Assembly: GCA_963682135.1 (NCBI GenBank)
Contig: OY821645.1
Location: 608,001-672,000 of the forward strand
Source of the DNA: Methanothrix sp.
GTDB taxonomy: Archaea > Halobacteriota > Methanosarcinia > Methanotrichales > Methanotrichaceae
DNA length: 64,000 nt
Direction: 5' to 3'
In this document: piece after piece, positions 29,111 through 39,122 of the stretch
Layout: every line of letters starts with the position of its first letter
Numbering within the stretch: position 1 is the first letter of the stretch
Position numbers and translations under genes: made by a program
Notes under the pieces: model-generated
Seen by the model: the letters and a program-made list of their open reading frames with translations, nothing else
What the model was told of the DNA's origin: nothing
Database searches by the model: none

Positions 29111-30151
29111 ATGCAACTCGATCTGCCAATTCGTCTGGGTAAGAAAAATTGGTTGATAGTCTTCACGCTAGCTCTGGTCGTCTTGCTTTCTTACTACATC
29201 TGGCCGCTTCTCGATGGCCTTGTTCTGGGCCTCGTCTTCGCCTACGTGGGCAGACCGGTGCGAGATCTATTCGGAGCGAATAGGCGCATCGGCTCACTGG
29301 CGGCTATCATCTGTATCGTCGTTCCGCTTTCCGCAATCTTTGCAGCGGGAGTTATCGAGACGTCAAGCCAGATCAGATGGCTGGAGAGCCATGAGAGAGT
29401 GATCGTCTCTCTCATCTTTGAACTTGTCTCAAGAGTCCATATTCCGCAAGCAATATTCGATGAAATCTCGCGTGGGATGGCTAATTTGATGGGAATGGGC
29501 CTCAATCTCTTGGCCAGTTTGCCGGTCTTCAGCCTGGGATCAACCATAACCCTCGGCATTGTCAACTTCTTGATCGCCTTTTGCGTCTGCTACTTTTTAT
29601 TGCTCGATGCAGATCGACTCGCCAAAGCCGTAAGGGAGCTTTTCAATCTGGATGAGGGCAGCTTTGAGTTGCGTTGTTTGGTGAGAATTGATAGCATTCT
29701 TTGCGGGGTTTATATGGGCAGCATCTACACCGCCATCGTGGGCGGGATTACCTCAGTGGCCATCTTTTACGTATTTGAAGTTCCCCGGCCCTTTGCCATG
29801 GCCAGCATAGTCTTTCTGGCGGGAATGGTGCCCTTTTTGACCTGGCTGGTCTTCATACCTACGGCGATAGGCCGGTATATCGAGATCGGCCCCCTGGATG
29901 CCTGGCTCTTCTTCCTGGCAGCCTCAATTCTGGTTCATATCGCGGAGTTGGTCATCCGGCCTTACATCGTCTACACCAAATCATCGCTACATCCTCTGTT
30001 GGTGCTGCTTGCCTTCCTGGGTGGCGGGCTTGTTGCCGGAATTGCGGGCTTCTTCCTGGCTCCGGCGATGGTTGGGGTGGTGACGGGAATTTATCGGGTG
30101 ATGACTGAAGAGAGGACGAGAAGGAACAAAGAAATCGGATGTTCATCTTGA
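29111..30151 (+). CDS. AI-2E family transporter
   Basis: FAYVGRP, LHPLLVLLAFLGG..G..GFFLAP. Confidence 0.88.
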   Translation: MQLDLPIRLGKKNWLIVFTLALVVLLSYYIWPLLDGLVLGLVFAYVGRPVRDLFGANRRIGSLAAIICIVVPLSAIFAAGVIETSSQIRWLESHERVIVSLIFELVSRVHIPQAIFDEISRGMANLMGMGLNLLASLPVFSLGSTITLGIVNFLIAFCVCYFLLLDADRLAKAVRELFNLDEGSFELRCLVRIDSILCGVYMGSIYTAIVGGITSVAIFYVFEVPRPFAMASIVFLAGMVPFLTWLVFIPTAIGRYIEIGPLDAWLFFLAASILVHIAELVIRPYIVYTKSSLHPLLVLLAFLGGGLVAGIAGFFLAPAMVGVVTGIYRVMTEERTRRNKEIGCSS

Positions 30152-30152
30152 T

Positions 30153-30731
30153 ATGCAAAATGGTAAGGTCGGCAATTTTTATTTTGAGCTGAGGAGAAAG
30201 CTCTTCCACCTTTTTTTCGGCCTTTTCTTGATTTTCATTCTGTTCTATTCAAGCAGAATAAATCTGATAATTTTTCTCAGCGTCTTTCTCTTCATCGGCT
30301 GTATAATGATTTTCGTGATGCAAAAAGGCGGGAAGATTCCCATAGCGAATTGGCTTGAAGAGACATTCGAGAGGAAGAACGTCCGGTTCCCAGGATATGG
30401 AGCCTTCTGGTATGTTGTAGGTGCGCTCCTCTTGGCTATTTTTCTGGGCAATGCTCATGAGATAGCTGCCTCAATTGTGGCTCTGGCCGCCGGAGACTCG
30501 GCAGCTACCATCGTCGGCATCCTGGGTACTCACCCCCTTCCCCACAACCGGCGCAAAACGTGGGAAGGATCACTGGCATTTTTTGTTTTCTCTCTGCCCG
30601 CTTGCCTGTTTGTAGGCTGGATTGGCATAGCGCTGGCAGCAATAGCTGCAATTATGGAAAGCCTGGATACGCAGGTGGACGACAACCTTTTAATTCCCAT
30701 AACAGCGATATTATTTTTTGAATTTATCTGA
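30153..30731 (+). CDS. Dolichol/phytol kinase-like (SEC59/DGK1/VTE5) membrane protein
   Basis: RRKLFH, GDSAATIVG, KTWEGS, DDNLLIP. Confidence 0.88.
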   Translation: MQNGKVGNFYFELRRKLFHLFFGLFLIFILFYSSRINLIIFLSVFLFIGCIMIFVMQKGGKIPIANWLEETFERKNVRFPGYGAFWYVVGALLLAIFLGNAHEIAASIVALAAGDSAATIVGILGTHPLPHNRRKTWEGSLAFFVFSLPACLFVGWIGIALAAIAAIMESLDTQVDDNLLIPITAILFFEFI

Positions 30732-30797
30732 AAAGAAATGGAAGGAAAAAAGGAGATAGATTTCAAATGATACTATCTTCAACCTATGTTTTTTTTC

Positions 30798-31298
30798 CTA
30801 CGCAATGTACGACGCACTCGATCTATCAAAGCCCTGCACCAGTTCCAGTCCCTCGTCTTCCGGCTTCCAGGATACATCCGGGTAGGAAAGGTGCTTTATG
30901 AACTCGCTGCTGCTTGATGCAATCTGCGTGGCCAGATGATCTTCTCCCAGAGCTTCTTTCGTGATGACAAAGACCTTTGACCTCACATCTGCCTCATCCA
31001 GGTAGCCCAGGGAATGGATGTATTCGTGCAAGAGTACATGAAAGACGTAGGGCTTGTATAGCTCGGGGCGTGTCTCCTTGATCCTTTGTAGCGGGATCTT
31101 ATTGAGGACGATGACATTGGTACCTGTGGTGAAGAAACCTCCGAAAAATCCCTGCGGATGGTTTCCGAGGTTTGCCATGCCCAGCATCAGACCTCCCCTG
31201 CTCTTGCCCAGGCTCTTTAAGACCAATGATTTGACCAGTTCGAAGATATCAGGCAGGGACTTTGCCTCAATCAGCCGGGTGCGATAGTCAGTTATCAT
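30798..31298 (-). CDS. Conserved archaeal protein with a zincin HExxH motif
   Basis: LLHEYIHSLG. Confidence 0.7.
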   Translation of the reverse strand: MITDYRTRLIEAKSLPDIFELVKSLVLKSLGKSRGGLMLGMANLGNHPQGFFGGFFTTGTNVIVLNKIPLQRIKETRPELYKPYVFHVLLHEYIHSLGYLDEADVRSKVFVITKEALGEDHLATQIASSSSEFIKHLSYPDVSWKPEDEGLELVQGFDRSSASYIA

Positions 31299-31449
31299 TT
31301 GAAATACATGAGGACAAGTCTAAGTATATAATACTAACTTATGGTTACTAATGATCGGTGATGTTTTGCACAATTATTATAAATGATATTAAATGGTTGG
31401 TATTCGCAGTTTCAGTAGTGCGACTGAGAACAAAAGGCCGGCCTTTGCC

Positions 31450-31779
31450 TCACTCTCTCTGCTGCAAGAGTCCTTTCTCAAGGCCAATCTCCATCCAAGC
31501 CCAGGCCCAGATTACCGCCTCAAAAGCTCTGATAAGGTCGCCTTTTTCCAAAAAGTATCGGCAGTCGCGAATGTATGCCGAGATGTTCTCCAGGAACTCT
31601 CTATCCCCGGATACATTCCCGTATAGATCCTGCGCCTTCCTCTGCCATTTCTCTGTCTCAGCACGCAGATCTTCTTCTAACTTTCCTTGCGAACACTTTT
31701 TCGTGCCACAGACTGCCGGAGGCTCTTGTGCCGTTTTAATATTTCTTCCCGGACATCCCGTTTCTCGGTTCATTTCCAT
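31450..31779 (-). CDS. DUF357-like protein
   Basis: FLENISAYIRDCRYFLEKGDLIRAFEAVIWAWAW; start uncertain. Confidence 0.75.
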   Translation of the reverse strand: MEMNRETGCPGRNIKTAQEPPAVCGTKKCSQGKLEEDLRAETEKWQRKAQDLYGNVSGDREFLENISAYIRDCRYFLEKGDLIRAFEAVIWAWAWMEIGLEKGLLQQRE

Positions 31780-31792
31780 CCCAATGTAATCT

Positions 31793-32371
31793 CTATTTAC
31801 CCAGGCCATTATCAGATTTTGTAACACTGGTCACCCGGCTCTCGCTTACCTCCACATCAACCATTGTCTTGACAGCATAACCTTCCGCCTTCAGCCGCTC
31901 CACGCCGTCGCCCCGCTTTACTACCACTACCACATCCTTAACATTGGCACCTGCGATCTTCAGGGACTTGAGCACGGCAAGAAGCGTGCCCCCTGTGCTG
32001 ATGACATCATCTACAACAATAACGCGATCGCCCTTATTTATACCGTTCAAGAATAGCTGCGACTTGGAGTAGCCGGTCACCTGGGAGACCTCAATCTCGC
32101 CGGGTAGACCGTATTTGCGTTTTCTTATTATTACTAGAGGGATGTCGCAGATAATGGAAAGGCCGATGCCTATGGGAATACCCATGGCTTCCACCGTCAC
32201 AATCTTGTCTACCTCCAGATCGGCAATGCGCACGATATGGCCAGTAATCTCCCGGATCAGCTCCGGCCTGACTTCGGGTACACCGTCGGTGATGGGATGA
32301 ATGAAGTAATTGTATTCGCCCCTCTTGAAGATCGGAGCTTCAAGTAATGATTTTGTTAGCCTTTCCAGCAT
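31793..32371 (-). CDS. hpt: Hypoxanthine/guanine phosphoribosyltransferase, archaeal type
   Basis: YFIHPITDGVP, EAMGIP, VDDVISTGGT. Confidence 0.88.
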   Translation of the reverse strand: MLERLTKSLLEAPIFKRGEYNYFIHPITDGVPEVRPELIREITGHIVRIADLEVDKIVTVEAMGIPIGIGLSIICDIPLVIIRKRKYGLPGEIEVSQVTGYSKSQLFLNGINKGDRVIVVDDVISTGGTLLAVLKSLKIAGANVKDVVVVVKRGDGVERLKAEGYAVKTMVDVEVSESRVTSVTKSDNGLGK

Positions 32372-32541
32372 CTTTAGAGCCTCAATGCTCAATATTCATA
32401 AATCAGGGAAATAAAGGTGTTGGATGGGAATGAGAGAATGCGAAAAATGGCGATTAACTAATAATTATGACGAAAATCGCAAGCTACAGCCGCAAGACAC
32501 AAAGAATGAATTGAGCTCTCAGACTTCTATTGAAGCGACGC

Positions 32542-32871
32542 TCAGGCTGAAGCCAAAGCCGGCTCAATAGCGATCCTATCGCAGAAGGCTTTGACCTGTG
32601 CTTCATCCATGCTATTCTTAGGAATGACCATGACTTGATATCCATCGCTCTCCAGCCTGTTAATGAGGTCTCGAAACTGGCTCATGGCCACTTTAACCTG
32701 TTTTGTCAAATCCGGCATCTTCAGAATGACTATCTTGATTGAAGGAATAACTGCATCCACGACATAACCCCATCGTGTGGGACGATGCATCAACACAACT
32801 ATCCCTCTCCTGCCTAGTTCGGAGACTATGCCCTCAAACTTCACAATATCTTGCTTCTCGGCTTGTTTCAT
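32542..32871 (-). CDS. Hypothetical protein, possibly a degenerate restriction-endonuclease-like fold
   Basis: GYVVDAVIP..LESDGYQVMVI pattern. Confidence 0.5.
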   Translation of the reverse strand: MKQAEKQDIVKFEGIVSELGRRGIVVLMHRPTRWGYVVDAVIPSIKIVILKMPDLTKQVKVAMSQFRDLINRLESDGYQVMVIPKNSMDEAQVKAFCDRIAIEPALASA

Positions 32872-33014
32872 TTCGACTCTACCCCATGCGCAATTTATTA
32901 TTTTTATTATTGCAGTAAAAACTGAAGAGGACGGAGCATTTGCCTTCATTCAAGGTTTCCGTTATAAACGGATGCGGCCCTCTTACAAATAGATAATTAA
33001 GAAAGATTGAATGT

Positions 33015-33212
33015 CTAATATCTACCAGGTGATCGAGCAGGTCTATGCTTCTGATAGCATTCACTGCAATATACCGGTCTGGATCCATCCGGCTTGAAGG
33101 GCACTTGTGTCTGTTTGCCACATTCTGAACAGGTAACATCTGTCATTTCTCTGGGACGGCTATTGTAACCACTTCTACTGCTACCGCTGTTTTCATATTT
33201 TCTCTCAAACAT
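33015..33212 (-). CDS. CxxC-x17-CxxC zinc-binding small protein
   Basis: PREM..CSECGK..VPFKPDGSRPVYCSECY. Confidence 0.9.
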   Translation of the reverse strand: MFERKYENSGSSRSGYNSRPREMTDVTCSECGKQTQVPFKPDGSRPVYCSECYQKHRPARSPGRY

Positions 33213-33362
33213 TTAATTCACTTACCTCTAGGATCGATTCAAGGAACCGAAACTGCTCTGAAAACATCTCAACAAAGAACTTTGAATCAACGAATCCAGC
33301 ATCACTTAAAGAACCGCTCGACTTATATACCTGTTGGTTAAGCCAAAAAGATTTTTATTCTG

Positions 33363-34466
33363 TTACCTTCTCTTGGTAATTATGGAGAGGATATCGCAGT
33401 CTCTGAGCTCATGATCCAGCCCTACAGATTGACCGGGAAACTTTGCGCTCTTGCCCCAGACCAGAGCGTAGCGGAAAAGATTTACAAAGTCGCGATGAAG
33501 ATGCTCGCAAACCGATTTGACGCTGCTTCCGTCCAGGAGTACCAACGGCTCTTCCAGGTCAGCCTTTCCCCCTTTTGGCTTCAGATAGACGCGAATGAAG
33601 CCCAGTCTCTCGTAAATAAGATCTTTTAGCTCCTCAAGGCCCTGGGTAGTGGCGCAAGAGAGTGGCAAATAATCCCTTCCAAGATCTTCTTTGATTCTGG
33701 TCTCTACATCTCCGAATCGGAGGTCGAACTTATTTATGGCCACAACGGATGGTATGTAAACCCTGTTTCCTGCCAAAAAGTCCACCAGGCTGTCGGTATC
33801 TATATCTTCGCGAACTGTGACATTTGCATTGACAATTCCATAGGCCCGAATGATATCTGCAATCTCAAACTCTGTCATGTGGGTGAGCTTCACAGTGCTT
33901 CGTATGATTATGCCGCCCTTCTTATCCGGTGTGATGTGAATATTCGGAGGTTGTTTGTCGAGCCGAATTCCAGCTTCATAAAGCTCACGCTCCAGAATAT
34001 CCAGCCTGTAGTTGAAGACGTCACCTAATAATAATATTATATCCGCAGCGCGAGCGGCTGTAATGACCTCTCTGCCCCGACCCTTGCCCTTGGCGGCTCC
34101 TTTGATGATGCCGGGCATATCCAGTATCTGGATTTCAGCGCCTTTGTATTTCATGACCCCGGGAATTACTTCCAGGGTTGTGAATTGGTATGCGGCAACC
34201 TCTGATTTGGAAGCAGTCAGATGGTTGAGCAGACTTGACTTTCCAACAGATGGAAAGCCCACCAGGGCCACAGTTGCATCTCCAGACTTCTTGATGTAGT
34301 ATCTTCTACCCCCGCCGCCGCCCTTGATCTTTTGAAGCTCTTGCTGCGCCTTTAGCTTCGCGATCTTGGCCTTGATCTTGCCCAGATGGTGCTCAGTTGC
34401 CTTGTTCTTCTGAGTGTTAAAGATCTCCTCTTCCAGTGCCTTGATCTGTTCCTCGATGGTTGCCAT
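33363..34466 (-). CDS. DRG-family GTPase (OBG superfamily, TGS domain)
   Basis: TQKNKATEHH, GFPSVGKSS, FTTL, DMPG, WGKSAKFPGQ. Confidence 0.93.
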   Translation of the reverse strand: MATIEEQIKALEEEIFNTQKNKATEHHLGKIKAKIAKLKAQQELQKIKGGGGGRRYYIKKSGDATVALVGFPSVGKSSLLNHLTASKSEVAAYQFTTLEVIPGVMKYKGAEIQILDMPGIIKGAAKGKGRGREVITAARAADIILLLGDVFNYRLDILERELYEAGIRLDKQPPNIHITPDKKGGIIIRSTVKLTHMTEFEIADIIRAYGIVNANVTVREDIDTDSLVDFLAGNRVYIPSVVAINKFDLRFGDVETRIKEDLGRDYLPLSCATTQGLEELKDLIYERLGFIRVYLKPKGGKADLEEPLVLLDGSSVKSVCEHLHRDFVNLFRYALVWGKSAKFPGQSVGLDHELRDCDILSIITKRR

Positions 34467-34803
34467 TTATTATCCTCTTAATCCGCCAAGAACAGCGCGC
34501 TTTGCTATCGACTCAGGATGTTCTTGGCTTCGTAGCTGCAAATGAGGCTTCCCCTTTATAAGGTATGGGTTTGCACTTCTGACATTAAAAGGATCGTCAT
34601 GCCAGACTATGCTTTGGGCTGCAATAAATTTTTTTTTGGGTTAAAGCGTTTAAAATGAGTCAAACGTATGTGCTTCTTCAAAGGGATTTGTAGGAAAGGC
34701 AAACGCACCCATCATTATAGAAAAATTTAAATTGTAATAACTAATAGTAATATATTAGCAGCACCTCGCTGGCTAATACGTCTGTTTAAATGAGGTACTT
34801 GAA

Positions 34804-35220
34804 ATGAGAAAAATATTTGCGTTGGTGCTATTGCTGGCCTTTTGCATTCCAGCCATGGCAACTGAATTGCCAAACATGACAGGTAACTGGACCGGAGTTA
34901 TGGATTTTGTGGGATATGACAAGAATACAGCTTGGCTACCGAATGAGACTGTCTCCTTCTGGCCTGGAGAAGAATATAGCTTGACCATATCTGAGCAGCA
35001 TGGACGAGCATTTTCGGGGACGATGGTTCCAAGCTTGAGCCCCAGGACATTGCAAGTTGTGCTGGGGGTCTTGTGCAGCGAAAATGAATCCATAACAATG
35101 GTAGACGAGAACGCCTACTGGTGGGGCGATGTGATCTCGCCGACAGAAATTGAGCTGAACTACCAGAAAGTCAATATGGAAGGGATGGTTGTAGGAGGAG
35201 GGATATTTAAGAAAGTATGA
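34804..35220 (+). CDS. Secreted hypothetical protein
   Basis: Signal peptide, PNMTGNWTG. Confidence 0.75.
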   Translation: MRKIFALVLLLAFCIPAMATELPNMTGNWTGVMDFVGYDKNTAWLPNETVSFWPGEEYSLTISEQHGRAFSGTMVPSLSPRTLQVVLGVLCSENESITMVDENAYWWGDVISPTEIELNYQKVNMEGMVVGGGIFKKV

Positions 35221-35339
35221 TGGCGATTTCATATTCAGCATAAAACACTCTTTTCATCATACTTTTTATAATGGATAACTATTCAAATTTACCATAAACC
35301 TTTTAGCCGAACCATGCTAATAAGCATTCAGGTGAGTTT

Positions 35340-36047
35340 ATGAAAGCCCTCTTTATATTAGCTGTGCTGGCAATATCTATCACCTCAGCAACAAACGCAG
35401 AGGACAACACCAGCGCGTACTGGACCGCTCAGGGCGATGAGCTCAGAGAGCAGTACAAGTTCAATGATTCTATCCAGGCTTACGATAAGGCCCTGGAGAT
35501 CAACAAGTCTCACATAGCCGCACTGGCCGGCAAAGGCGAAGCCTTATGGAATATCGGCAGGTATAATGAGTCCCTCCTAAGCTTTAATGAAGTCCTGAAT
35601 CTAAGCCCATATTACGTCAGAGCATGGGTTGGTAAAGGTGTGGCTCTTCACGGTTTGGGCAATTTCAATGAGTCGCGCCAGGCTTATGATGAGGCACTGG
35701 AGATAGATCCCGCCTATGCTATGGCCTGGAATGATAAAGCCTGGCTGTTCTACAAGCAAGATATGTACCAGGAGGCAGTGGATTATTCTGACAGAGCAAT
35801 TAAGATTTTAAACAAAAATCTCGCAGCGACTATTGACACGAAGGCCGTTGCGCTGGAAAAACTTGGCAAGAACGATGAAGCCCTACAGTGCATCGACAGG
35901 GCCCTGGAGCTGACCCCCACGGATTCAATAGTTTGGATACACAAAGGCGATATCCTGAAGGCACTGGGCAACCAGACCGGATCTGATGCAGCATATGCTA
36001 AGGCAAAGGAACTCCCTGAGCAGATCCTGGACGAATCCAGCGTATAG
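35340..36047 (+). CDS. Secreted TPR protein
   Basis: Signal peptide and 34-aa TPR units (AYDKALEI, AWVGKG). Confidence 0.88.
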   Translation: MKALFILAVLAISITSATNAEDNTSAYWTAQGDELREQYKFNDSIQAYDKALEINKSHIAALAGKGEALWNIGRYNESLLSFNEVLNLSPYYVRAWVGKGVALHGLGNFNESRQAYDEALEIDPAYAMAWNDKAWLFYKQDMYQEAVDYSDRAIKILNKNLAATIDTKAVALEKLGKNDEALQCIDRALELTPTDSIVWIHKGDILKALGNQTGSDAAYAKAKELPEQILDESSV

Positions 36048-36163
36048 GCAGTGAAACAGCGGCGGCGCACCCCGCTGCAAGCATACGGGGCATTCGAGGC
36101 GTCCGCATGAAGACGGAAATAGTTGGTTGATCCGCACTAAAGTCGGAGACGCATGCCCTTTAT

Positions 36164-36189
36164 CCCTGCAGCAGAGCTGCAGGGTATTC
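36164..36189. repeat. Short palindromic element, related to 50938..50964
   Basis: CCCTGCAGC-AGA-GCTGCAGGG-TATTC. Confidence 0.6.
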
Positions 36190-36354
36190 ATTTTAAAATC
36201 AAAGCCCGCACTTCATGCCTGGGCTCCAACAACGGTGATTGTAGCTTCAGCGAAACGGAGGCATTTGCCCAAATGTGCTGTAGAGCATTGATCTTCGCTT
36301 GTTACTTTTCCCGTGGAACCATTGACAAGTTTTGAAACAGGCTTTGAGATTCCT

Positions 36355-36912
36355 CTAGTCCCCCTGACATATTGCCAGCGTCTGGGCCTTGACCATTTGC
36401 ATCTTCTCCTTTCCTGCCAGCACCTCCACCAGCTTCAGGCCGAACTCCAGGGCAGTTCCCGGCGAGCGGCTGGTTACCAGGTTGCCGTCCACCAACACCC
36501 GCTCCTCGCTGAAGTTTGCGCAGGCCTCCACCTGGGCCTTGCCGGATGGGCTGACAGTTGCCCTGCGGCCCTGCAGGACTCCTGCCTTGATGAGGACCGA
36601 AGGAGCCGCGCATATCGCCGCCACGACCTTTCCCACTTTATCCATCTCCTGTGCCATCTTCAAGATGCGCTCGTCATTTCCCAGATTGATAAAGCCCGGC
36701 GATCCTCCCGGTAAGACCAGCCCGTCAAAGTCCCGATAGTCGATCTTATCCAGAGTGGTATCAGGCAGCATCTTGATTTTATGAGAGCCTTCCACAAGTC
36801 CCTCTTTCAATCCCGCCGTGACGACATCCACATCTGCGCGTCTTAAGATGTCGATGACATTTACAGCCTCAATCTCCTCGAAGCCATTTGCCAGTGGCAC
36901 TAGAATTTTCAT
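36355..36912 (-). CDS. DJ-1/PfpI (ThiJ/YajL) family protein
   Basis: GFEEIE, LPGG, AICAAP, SPGTA. Confidence 0.93.
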   Translation of the reverse strand: MKILVPLANGFEEIEAVNVIDILRRADVDVVTAGLKEGLVEGSHKIKMLPDTTLDKIDYRDFDGLVLPGGSPGFINLGNDERILKMAQEMDKVGKVVAAICAAPSVLIKAGVLQGRRATVSPSGKAQVEACANFSEERVLVDGNLVTSRSPGTALEFGLKLVEVLAGKEKMQMVKAQTLAICQGD

Positions 36913-36968
36913 GCTACCATCAATCGCAATTATAATTAATAAAGACGCTCCCACATTCTACTACGACT

Positions 36969-37271
36969 ATGATCTGCCTGCGCTGCGGCCAATGCTGCCT
37001 TCATCTGGACATTTTCATCGTCAATCCTTCTTCTATTCAGGCAGATGGCAGCATCGATGCCGATGATCAGGAGGCCATGATCTTCAAGCCCGCCGGACAA
37101 AGGTGCCCCCATCTTGTCCTTGAAGCCTACTGCGAAGGAGATCGGGCAGTTTGCACGATTCATCACCTGCCCTGCTACCGGGGAACTCCATGCGAACAAT
37201 TCGAGCTGCTCGGGCCGGAGGATGCGGTCTGTGTCATGAGCCGATACCTGCAGGCTCTGGATGAAGGATGA
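36969..37271 (+). CDS. Cys-cluster protein (YkgJ/CxxCxxCC-like)
   Basis: CLRCGQCC..CPHL..CTIH..C. Confidence 0.75.
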   Translation: MICLRCGQCCLHLDIFIVNPSSIQADGSIDADDQEAMIFKPAGQRCPHLVLEAYCEGDRAVCTIHHLPCYRGTPCEQFELLGPEDAVCVMSRYLQALDEG

Positions 37272-37392
37272 TAATCATATCGCATCCCTGGCCACCTTGC
37301 AGAAGACATAGCCTCTTCTCATCTGGCTGCCGGATTATGCCCTGACCCGGCTGGCCAGAGGAGCGCCGGACTTTTGGGGATGACGCAGCGGC

Positions 37393-37717
37393 GTGTTCGA
37401 GTTCATCCCAGAGGCAAGGATAATCTCTGCAGTAGAGCGGATGGCCTTCCGAGATACGGGTTTTTTCAATTTGAGCCGGGAAGAGAAGATAGTGCGAGCA
37501 GAGTACCTGGATGGACTTGCTCGGGACTATTTCGAATTGAAGAGAGGTGAGCGCGAGGATCGAGCATTGGCTGAAGTTCTGCGGCGTCTGGGAGATATTC
37601 GAACTGATCTGGCTGACTATCCTCAGGCTATCCGGCTCTTTTCGCAGAGCCTGCAAATATCCCGGAATGTTTGGGATAAAAAGAGGGTAGCCGATTCTCT
37701 GGCTGGGCAGGATCAAT
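37393..37717 (+). pseudogene. 5' fragment of a TPR gene (NLR-type repeats) interrupted by IS1634
   Basis: LGDIRTDLADYPQAIRLFSQSLQISRNVWDK; continues at 40574. Confidence 0.75.
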
Positions 37718-37981
37718 CCCACATCCCGCATGTCACCCTTCAAACATAGTATTTTTCGCATTCCTGTCCTAGAAACTTTATAATTTTAATTTGCTCATCA
37801 TTTAAATTAATAATCTCTCGCTGAATTGCACCCTTGAATTCAAAGATGGCCTCGTTGATATTCCTGAATTTCTGGAATATCCATTTTAGAGTTGGACGCG
37901 CCGTGGGCTTTCCGAGCTGATTCAATACGGTTTCGCTATATTCCTTCAATTTTTGTCTGATCATCCATTCGGCAATCGAAT

Positions 37982-39122
37982 GAGGATTCCTATTTACTTC
38001 GGTTTAAGAGATTGTTTTCAGAAATTCATGCATAATTCGCTTCACGAGGAGGCAATTTCGCTAAATACTTCATTCGTCAGCCCCCTTTTCTGATCATTCT
38101 TCGACAGCGTCCGCTAGGCTCAAATGATTCCGGCTTTTTTCAGAGTGCAGAGCTGATATAAATTGAAAGCAAAGGCGGTAGCCATCATTTTTATATGAAC
38201 CCTCTTTATCGTTGTAACCAACACCCAGCCCGAGTTAAAAATTCTCTTGATCACTGCATGGGGGCGCTCACCTGGGGATCTTAGCTTGCTGATCAATCGA
38301 TTTCGCTCCTTATCAAGTTCCTCCAGTGGCTTATCGGTTGTCCTGCGCTTCATTGTAAAATCTATTCCCCTGGCCTTTGCCCCAAAATACCCCCTGTCTC
38401 TTAACACCACTTCATCCTCAATTGAGAGATCAACCTGACTATCATGCAACGAAGCCGTGGAAGTCTCGATTTCACGAATCAGGCAATAATCAATATCGGT
38501 TTTTTGATGCAGTTTGTAGCCAAAATGGAATTCATTGCCCTTCTTGGCTATTGTCCCATCCCTACTGCGGCGGGTCTTAGCATCTTTTCCACGTGGTTTC
38601 TTGAACTTTCCGGGATCTGCTTCAATGAACGTGGCATCTTGGATCGTTCCATGTTTGACCTGTAAACCCATAGCATCCAATTGCCTCTGAAGTTCTGCCC
38701 AGACAACTTCATCTTTTCCAGCATTGGCCATGCGCTCTCTAAATAGCCATATCGTCCTAGAATCGGGGAACATATCAGGGAAACCAAGAAATGACATAAA
38801 CGAGATGCGGTCAGCCATTTGTCGCTCAATTTCCAAATCGCTCAAGCCGTACCATTGTTGGAGTATCAGGATCTTGAACATCAAAATTACATCGCAGTTG
38901 GGCCTTCCACCCTTTTCGCTCTTATTGTCATACATCTCATCCAGTATCCGGCGAATGGGTAACCAGTCGATCAAATTCGATATCTGCGATAACCGAGATT
39001 TACCTTGCGTCTCGCTAAGCCCTCGCAATACCCAAGTGGTAAAAGAATTCATAACATATAATGGTGTTAATAGTATATAAACATTTCTATATTAAGAATT
39101 GGGCTGGTTTATAGGAATCCTC
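37982..39122 (-). mobile_element. IS5-family insertion sequence
   Basis: TIRs GAGGATTCCTAT / ATAGGAATCCTC; 4-bp TSD GAAT at 37978-37981 and 39123-39126. Confidence 0.92.
38120..39052 (-). CDS. IS5-family transposase, intact
   Basis: LQQWYGLSD, QDATFI, FGYKLH, DRGY, R..GERP..VIK. Confidence 0.93.
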   Translation of the reverse strand: MNSFTTWVLRGLSETQGKSRLSQISNLIDWLPIRRILDEMYDNKSEKGGRPNCDVILMFKILILQQWYGLSDLEIERQMADRISFMSFLGFPDMFPDSRTIWLFRERMANAGKDEVVWAELQRQLDAMGLQVKHGTIQDATFIEADPGKFKKPRGKDAKTRRSRDGTIAKKGNEFHFGYKLHQKTDIDYCLIREIETSTASLHDSQVDLSIEDEVVLRDRGYFGAKARGIDFTMKRRTTDKPLEELDKERNRLISKLRSPGERPHAVIKRIFNSGWVLVTTIKRVHIKMMATAFAFNLYQLCTLKKAGII

